Of a DNA stretch of 64,000 bases, positions 58,349 to 64,000 are shown in pieces. Under the pieces are notes generated by a model. That model did no database searches and had not been told where the DNA came from. It saw nothing but the letters and a program-made list of their open reading frames with translations. Numbering within the stretch: the first letter of the stretch is position 1; every line of letters starts with the position of its first letter. The stretch comes from Candidatus Undinarchaeales archaeon. GTDB taxonomy: Archaea; SpSt-1190; JASMDC01. The position numbers were made by a program, and so were the translations under genes. Location: assembly GCA_030753015.1 (NCBI GenBank), contig JASMDC010000008.1, positions 9,281-73,280 on the forward strand, in the 5' to 3' direction.

Positions 58349-58932
58349 TCATCACGGCGTCCAAGGTGAGGCTCCTCGACATCATCCTCTCCGAGCCCGG
58401 GACACCCATCAGCTCCGCAATCCAGAACGCGAGGATGAATCCCCGGTACGCGACCGACTTCATAAACGAGGCAGTTCGCGAGGGCATCATCATCGAGGAG
58501 CGGATCGGCGGCGATGAGAAGGCCCATGTCAGGCGTCTCTACCCGAGCCTGACCCATGGGCTGCCTACCTTCCACCTCGTGGAGATGGAGAAACGCATCG
58601 CCTTCCTGATGGACCATCCACGACTGAAGGGCCCGTTCTCGCAGATCTCCCGCCTGATCGAGAAGAACGGGGGGTTCGCGCTCGTCTTCGGGAGCTATGC
58701 TCGATCCACCGAGAACGAGGAGAGCGACCTTGACCTGCTCGTGGTCTGTGGGGACCGTCCCGACGAGTCGTCGATCAGCGAACCGTTCGTCCTCGTCGAT
58801 GAACGTCCGTCGATGATGTGGGAGACGCACGAGGAGTTCTCTGAGCGAAGGGGCGACCCGCTCCACGTCAACGTGCGCCGGGACCACGTCATCATCTGTG
58901 GTACGGACAGGTACCTCAACGCCATCACGTGA
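58345..58932 (+). CDS. HTH-fused minimal nucleotidyltransferase (MNT antitoxin)
   Basis: ATGA overlap with HEPN, FGSYAR......SDLDLL motif and an N-terminal HTH-like region. Confidence 0.88.
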   Translation: MIITASKVRLLDIILSEPGTPISSAIQNARMNPRYATDFINEAVREGIIIEERIGGDEKAHVRRLYPSLTHGLPTFHLVEMEKRIAFLMDHPRLKGPFSQISRLIEKNGGFALVFGSYARSTENEESDLDLLVVCGDRPDESSISEPFVLVDERPSMMWETHEEFSERRGDPLHVNVRRDHVIICGTDRYLNAIT

Positions 58933-59031
58933 TGGTCGCTGTACCGGGCCTGTTCAGGCCACTGATGCTCGAAGGGATCCCCTGCCGCATGGAACGGGCG
59001 CGCCGGGCACCGTTCAGTCCACGGGGCCGGG

Positions 59032-59241
59032 GACACCATCTCACTCACCAAGGACGGCGAGATCGTCATCACGTCCGTCGACTGCGGCGTGGAGACGGTG
59101 GTCCCGGTCCGCATCGAGCCCATCACCCGCGAGCCCGCTTGCACGGCGAAGGTCGTCAGCCTCCACACCGAATCCGACAATCTCAGCCCGGCAAGCGGGA
59201 TCATCCTTACCGAGTCGGTGAACGATCCGCTCCACACCGTC
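59032..59241 (+). repeat. imperfect ~210-bp direct repeat copy 2 (start-less coding remnant)
   Basis: Encodes DTISLTKD...DCGVETVVPVRIEPITREPAC...SDNLSPASG. No start codon between the in-frame TGA at 58963 and the repeat. Confidence 0.85.
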
Positions 59242-59293
59242 ACTCCGGTAGAATGGGCGGACGGCGCGAAGGAGCGGCTGCGGCCATCGATCA

Positions 59294-59860
59294 TTACATG
59301 GATCTCTCGTTCCCGTCGAGTGCTCCCGTTATCTGCTCCGGACCGGTCAATACACTGATGCCTACCATCGTACTAAGTCGCCGAGCGTTCGCCACGTCCA
59401 CGGGGCGCATGGTGAGCGTCCCTGTCCGACCTCCCGGCAGAGCCGTGACGATCTCCCCCTCCTCGATGTCCGTGGGGAGCATGGTGACCGCTACACCGCA
59501 CTTGATGGCTTGCGCCACCAGGTTGGGGACGAGGGCGTCAGCGATGCCGCGGACCACCTTCGCCACGGTGTTCGCCGAGGCCGGAGCGACCAGCAGGGTC
59601 GTGTACACGCCCCTGTACACGTCGCTGAGGAGCTTTGCCTGGTTGGATCCTTTCTCGATGACCGGTGCGGAGAACGCATCCTCGTCCAGACGATCGATGA
59701 GCCCGTACATCCGCACCACCCGAGCGCCCTCGACCGAGAGCACGGGCCGGACAGTGGTCCCTTCGACGCTCACGTCCTCCATGGCGTCGAAAGTCGCCTC
59801 AAGGTGATGACCGGCGCCGGTAATAGCCCAGAGGATCCGTCGATGCGTACCTGATGACAT
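59294..59860 (-). CDS. archaeal flavoprotein (AfpA/DmrX-like, HFCD fold)
   Basis: ILWAITGAGHHL, APASANTVAK...GIADALV and LPTD. No ferredoxin domain. Confidence 0.82.
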   Translation of the reverse strand: MSSGTHRRILWAITGAGHHLEATFDAMEDVSVEGTTVRPVLSVEGARVVRMYGLIDRLDEDAFSAPVIEKGSNQAKLLSDVYRGVYTTLLVAPASANTVAKVVRGIADALVPNLVAQAIKCGVAVTMLPTDIEEGEIVTALPGGRTGTLTMRPVDVANARRLSTMVGISVLTGPEQITGALDGNERSM

Positions 59861-60150
59861 CAGATCATCCAGTCCTCGAGCACTTCGAGCACCCGGTCCT
59901 TCAGTTCCCGGGGGCCAAGCTCGTCCGGGTCCAGTTCTTCCAAGGAGTCGGCGAGCGTCCGGTCCTGTATGACCTCGCGCACCCAGTTGGCCACGTCATT
60001 GCTCTCAGACCGGATGTGGAAAAGCAGCCCCTCCGGCGCCATCCCGAGTATGATCCAGTGGAGGTCCATGATGTCCCGGGCGGCACCCTCGACACGGTCC
60101 TCGGACGACTTGACGATGAACTCGGATCCGTCGGGGGCGGAGGGCATCAT
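59860..60150 (-). CDS. small acidic hypothetical protein
   Basis: TGATG stop/start overlap with the flavoprotein gene. ATAAATA box upstream. Confidence 0.55.
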   Translation of the reverse strand: MMPSAPDGSEFIVKSSEDRVEGAARDIMDLHWIILGMAPEGLLFHIRSESNDVANWVREVIQDRTLADSLEELDPDELGPRELKDRVLEVLEDWMI

Positions 60151-60257
60151 CACGCTTCCCTGCTACGTTTTCCGAGGTAAAGCTATTTATGTGACATGGT
60201 TGGGTGGAGCCAGGGTTCTCCATAACCGTTATAATGCTCCGTGACGATAGGTAGTGT

Positions 60258-60404
60258 GTGGGCATCACCATCGACCCGGAGGACCCCCGCTTCAAGAAGA
60301 AGCGTACACTGCGTCCCGAGGACGTGGAGGACATCGTTCTGGAGCGCCGCGAGGTGGACCTCCCCACGAGGCGTCGTTCCCGTCGCACGAACGAGGAGCG
60401 CTAG
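60258..60404 (+). CDS. 48-aa charged small protein
   Basis: Manual translation MGITIDPEDPRFKKKRTLRPEDVEDIVLERREVDLPTRRRSRRTNEER. TTATAA box upstream and genome-like GC3 codons. Confidence 0.5.
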   Translation: MGITIDPEDPRFKKKRTLRPEDVEDIVLERREVDLPTRRRSRRTNEER

Positions 60405-60473
60405 CATCATCGCGCAGCGAACGAGCGGGCGCCGCCGATTGATTTAAAACGCTCACCACTCTTCCCGCTCCCG

Positions 60474-60959
60474 ATGGTCACTGTGCCACCCGCAGCAGGC
60501 CCCCTCATCGCCGCTGTGGGCTGTTTTGCCCTCGCTCCCCGCGCTGCCAGGGGGGAGCGCATCGAGGCCAGCGACGTGGCGTTCGGCGTGGTCGCGGGTC
60601 TGCTACTGGCCGGCCTCTCCGGCACCCTGACCACTGCTCTGTCGATGGCCATGCTCGGTGCCTTGGCCTGGCCCGTGCTCCTCCTCCTTCTCGAGATGGA
60701 GGACGCACGCATCATGCCCGCCCTCGGAGCGCTCCTCTTCGCTCCAGTGCCCGTGGACGGCCGCTCCCTCCCGGCCTTCACCCTTGTCGCGCCCTATGTC
60801 CTGCTCTCGGCCATGACGCTTGACCTACTGGCCCAGCGTGAGATCTACCTCCCCGCCATCACCGTGGAGGTCGACGGCGGACCCAATTTCCCGAACTTCG
60901 TCAACCTGCCCGCCGTGATCGCTATCGCGTGCCTTGCCTGCGCTCTCCTCGTCCGCTGA
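60474..60959 (+). CDS. multi-TM membrane protein
   Basis: Highly hydrophobic 161-aa ORF with a TTTAAAA box about 25 nt upstream. Confidence 0.6.
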   Translation: MVTVPPAAGPLIAAVGCFALAPRAARGERIEASDVAFGVVAGLLLAGLSGTLTTALSMAMLGALAWPVLLLLLEMEDARIMPALGALLFAPVPVDGRSLPAFTLVAPYVLLSAMTLDLLAQREIYLPAITVEVDGGPNFPNFVNLPAVIAIACLACALLVR

Positions 60960-61184
60960 GATCCCACATGGATGGTATACTGCGAACAGTGTTACCCAAG
61001 GACACGTAGAAAATGCGATTCGCACCCCTACGGCCTCGCTCTGCTGACAGGAGGATGGAGCTATCCCTGATCTTCACACAAAGGACGACGTGGTCTAGAA
61101 CATCGACCTAGGTCAGCTGACCGAGACCGGTGACCTCGTCTACCACGCAATGGTCGACATCTATCGCAAGAGGAGCGGTAGCGA

Positions 61185-61505
61185 CTAGTCGCCCTTGGCC
61201 TTCTTGACGAGCTCGGCGAAGTTCTCCTGCAGACGTGTCGCCTCGGCCTCTGCTTTGGCCTTGACCTCCGCAGGGAGCTCTATCTGGGCCTCGAGGATGT
61301 CAGCGTACATCCGTGCGACCTTCGCCTTCTGCTCCCGTACGTCGACCTCAAGGACTACATCGTGGCCCCCGATGGACTTCTTTAGCAGGGTCGTGCCCTT
61401 GACCTTGGACGACACCGCCCAGCCGAGGTCCTTGAGCTTACCAAGGAGCGTGACCTCCTTCACCTCGCCTGAGACGAGTCCCCCCAATGAAAACGCGTAC
61501 TTCAT
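61185..61505 (-). CDS. hypothetical protein
   Basis: 106-aa ORF with strong coding-like codon use. No family recognised. Confidence 0.6.
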   Translation of the reverse strand: MKYAFSLGGLVSGEVKEVTLLGKLKDLGWAVSSKVKGTTLLKKSIGGHDVVLEVDVREQKAKVARMYADILEAQIELPAEVKAKAEAEATRLQENFAELVKKAKGD

Positions 61506-61557
61506 AAAATCACTTGGAGCGTAAGGAGCGGCTCAGACTTTTGTTCCTTTCGCTTCG

Positions 61558-61594
61558 GCGACCTGCCCCGCGGGATGTCCCGCGGGGTTGTCGC
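61558..61594. other. strong GC hairpin downstream of pnp
   Basis: GCGAC..CCCCGCGGGA-TG-TCCCGCGGGG..GTCGC. Confidence 0.6.
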
Positions 61595-61630
61595 TGTCAT
61601 CCCTAGTCCCGACGCTAGCGGGGCCTGCGT

Positions 61631-63883
61631 TCACCGCCGGTCACGGCCGCCACCACGGCGGTCACGGCCGCCACCACGGCGGTCGCGGTCCCTGCCGCCA
61701 CTCCGTCGGGGGCGCTCTGGCTCGACCCACCCGGGCGGCGGGGGGTGCAGGGCCTTCATGGACACGTCGACCTTTCCGAAGGCGACCTTGGTCACGATGA
61801 CCTTCACCTTGTCACCGAGCTTGACCCTGTCCTCGATCTTGTCCACGTGGCCGTACTCGAGCTCCGAGATGTGGAGCATCCCGTCCTTGCCGGGGATGAG
61901 GTTGACGAAGGCGCCGAAGGGCTTGATGGTGACCACCTCGGCCTCCTCGTAGATCTCGCCCACCTCCACATCGCGCACGATGTTGCGCACGGCCTTCTCG
62001 GCCTTGGCGGCCATCTCGGCGTCGTTGGTGGTGATCATCACCGTGCCATCGTCCTCGATGTCCATCTGAACGCCGGTCTCATCAGTGATGCTCCGGATCA
62101 TCTTCCCGCCAGGGCCGATGACCGCACCGATCTTTTCCGGATCGATCTTTAAGGCGATGATGCGCGGTGCGAACTCAGACAGCTCCTTCCTCGGCTCGTT
62201 GATCGCACCCTGGATGACGTCCAGGATGAAGTTGTTCGCCATCCTCCCCTGGGAGACCGCCTCACGGATGATGGGCATGGAGATACCGCGGGTCTTAGTG
62301 TCCATCTGGACGGCAGTGACGCCGTCACGGGTGGCGGTGATCTTGAAGTCCATGCCACCGTCGCCGTCCTCCATGTCCTGGATGTCCGTGATGACCTTCC
62401 AGCGCTCACCATCGGAGGCAAGCCCGATAGCTATCCCTGCAACAGGCTTCTTGATCGGGACGCCTGCGTCCAGGAGGGCCAGCGTCGATCCACAGGTGGA
62501 ACCCATGGACGAGGAGCCGTTGGAGCTCATGACCTCGGAGACCATCCTGATGGTGTAGGGGAACTCCTCCAGAGTGGGGAGCACCGGGCGAAGGGCCTTC
62601 TCTGCCAGCATGCCGTGGCCCTGCTCTCGTCGGCCGGCGCCACGGAGCTTCTTGACCTCGCCCACGCTGAACGGTGGGAAGTTGTAGTGATGGAAGTACC
62701 GCTTCTTGATGTCATCCTCCATCGACTCCACGATGAGCGTGTCGCCGGGGGCGCCCAGGGTGACCACGGAAAGGATGTGGGTCTCACCACGCTGGAAGAA
62801 CCCCGTGCCGTGGAGGCGGGGGAGCACCGCGACATCGGCCGCTAGATGCCGGATGTCGGTGATCTTGCGGCCATCGACGCGCTGTTCGCGGTCCAGGAGG
62901 GCTCGTGTGACCTGATCGTCGATGAACGCCTGGAAGCACTTTTTGAGGATGCCCTTGAGATAGGCCTTGGCGGCCTCCTCGTCACGCTCCTCGTTGATGT
63001 ACTCCCTGGCCATCTCGTTGACAACCAGTTCCTTCATCTCCTCCATGATCTCCTTGCGCTCACCCTTGGAGCCGAGGGGTTGGTTGAAGACATAGGTCTG
63101 AAGTTGCGGGACCATGCGCTCCTTGAGCCGGTCGGCAACGACCTTCTCCTCGGGAGCGAGCTCGCCCGTGAACTTCAGGTCCTCCCTCTTTGCCTTGGGC
63201 TTGCCGATCTGCTGGCGTACGTCCTCGATGAAGGCGCACAGCGGGCCCAGGGCCTTCATGGCCTCTTCGAAGGCGCCCACCATGACCTCGTCCGGGGCCT
63301 CGTTGCAGTTGCACTCCACCATAGTGATGCGGGAGCCGTCCCCGGTTACCAGGAGGTCGACCGTTGACTCTGCGAGCTCTTCCACGGTGGGGTTCACGAT
63401 GTACCGACCGTCGATGTAGCCGATGCGGACACCGGCCACCGGTCCGTCGAAGGGGATCGTGGAGAGGTGGAGGGCCATGCAGCCGCCGATGAGGGAGGGG
63501 ACGTCGGGCTTGTTCGCCTCGTCGAAGGTGAGGGGCATGCAGATGACCTGGACCTCGTTGCGCATGTTCTGGTCGAAGAGCGGGCGGATACCGCGGTCGA
63601 TGGAGCGACCGGTCAGCACAGCGTCGAGGGAGGGTCTGCCTTCCCGCTTGGTGAACCTGGAGCCCTTGATGCGCCCGCAGGCGTAGTACCGCTCTTCGTA
63701 TTCGACCATGAGAGGGAAGAAGTCCATCCCTTCGCGAGCGGAGGGGGACATGTTCGCAGAGCAGAGCACTACCGTATCGCCTAGTTTCACAGTGAGGGCG
63801 GCGTCGGACTGAGGTCCGTAACGTCCCGTCTCGATCGTGAGCGTCTTTCCTGCTACATCGCAGGTGAATTGTCGAATGTTCAT
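61631..63883 (-). CDS. pnp: polyribonucleotide nucleotidyltransferase (bacterial-type PNPase)
   Basis: DFFPL.V.YEE, REGRP, IDR.IRPLF, R.DGR, HHYNFPPFSVGE, RRE.GHG, SNGSSSM, MDFK, KH domain (IGPGGK) and S1 domain (FGAFV..HISE). Confidence 0.97.
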   Translation of the reverse strand: MNIRQFTCDVAGKTLTIETGRYGPQSDAALTVKLGDTVVLCSANMSPSAREGMDFFPLMVEYEERYYACGRIKGSRFTKREGRPSLDAVLTGRSIDRGIRPLFDQNMRNEVQVICMPLTFDEANKPDVPSLIGGCMALHLSTIPFDGPVAGVRIGYIDGRYIVNPTVEELAESTVDLLVTGDGSRITMVECNCNEAPDEVMVGAFEEAMKALGPLCAFIEDVRQQIGKPKAKREDLKFTGELAPEEKVVADRLKERMVPQLQTYVFNQPLGSKGERKEIMEEMKELVVNEMAREYINEERDEEAAKAYLKGILKKCFQAFIDDQVTRALLDREQRVDGRKITDIRHLAADVAVLPRLHGTGFFQRGETHILSVVTLGAPGDTLIVESMEDDIKKRYFHHYNFPPFSVGEVKKLRGAGRREQGHGMLAEKALRPVLPTLEEFPYTIRMVSEVMSSNGSSSMGSTCGSTLALLDAGVPIKKPVAGIAIGLASDGERWKVITDIQDMEDGDGGMDFKITATRDGVTAVQMDTKTRGISMPIIREAVSQGRMANNFILDVIQGAINEPRKELSEFAPRIIALKIDPEKIGAVIGPGGKMIRSITDETGVQMDIEDDGTVMITTNDAEMAAKAEKAVRNIVRDVEVGEIYEEAEVVTIKPFGAFVNLIPGKDGMLHISELEYGHVDKIEDRVKLGDKVKVIVTKVAFGKVDVSMKALHPPPPGWVEPERPRRSGGRDRDRRGGGRDRRGGGRDRR

Positions 63884-64000
63884 GTGGCATCCACTAAAGG
63901 GGTATCCTTTTAAATGAGCCGGTCAGCCGCCGGAGTGGGCCGCGGTATCACGGTTCTCGCCAAGGGAAAGGTATAAATAGCGACCTGGGGGCCGCGCCGA

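Noticed and set aside
57508-59241. DGR template/variable repeat pair
   Set aside because: Mismatches are not adenine-specific (e.g. CCC/CCG, GTG/GTC), there is a codon indel, and no reverse transcriptase is in the window.
60960-61184. possible decayed small gene
   Set aside because: Only short coding-like stretches broken by stops, with no recognisable homology.

Overview
This is a gene-dense, GC-rich archaeal chromosomal window. Archaeal origin is supported by pelota, PAN, a geranylgeranyl reductase, an intron-containing C1:G72 tRNA-Tyr, TATA/BRE promoters and an H/ACA guide RNA. Its surface proteins look DPANN-like, but that placement is inference only. Housekeeping genes (pelA, HemK2, GGR, tRNA-Glu, guaB, MscS, PhoU, pan, hps-phi) flank an accessory block at about 12.9-27.5 kb. 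That block holds deletion-scarred pseudogenes, three tandem paralogues of an unknown family, a glycoside hydrolase/kinase pair, a divergent scabin/pertussis-like ADP-ribosyltransferase and an Lrp-methyltransferase fusion. Further right are two giant Cys-rich surface proteins (~1690 and 2293 aa), a form III-like RuBisCO with an N-terminal extension, a GH57/119-like hydrolase, a TnpB-only IS200/IS605 element with both ends visible, a HEPN-MNT module between two coding-repeat remnants, and a complete bacterial-type PNPase behind an archaeal TATA-like box. The best novelty candidates are the archaeal PNPase, the atypical ART, the paralogue triplet and the extended RuBisCO. All calls come from reading motifs by eye; no database search was run, and several start codons were re-picked manually.
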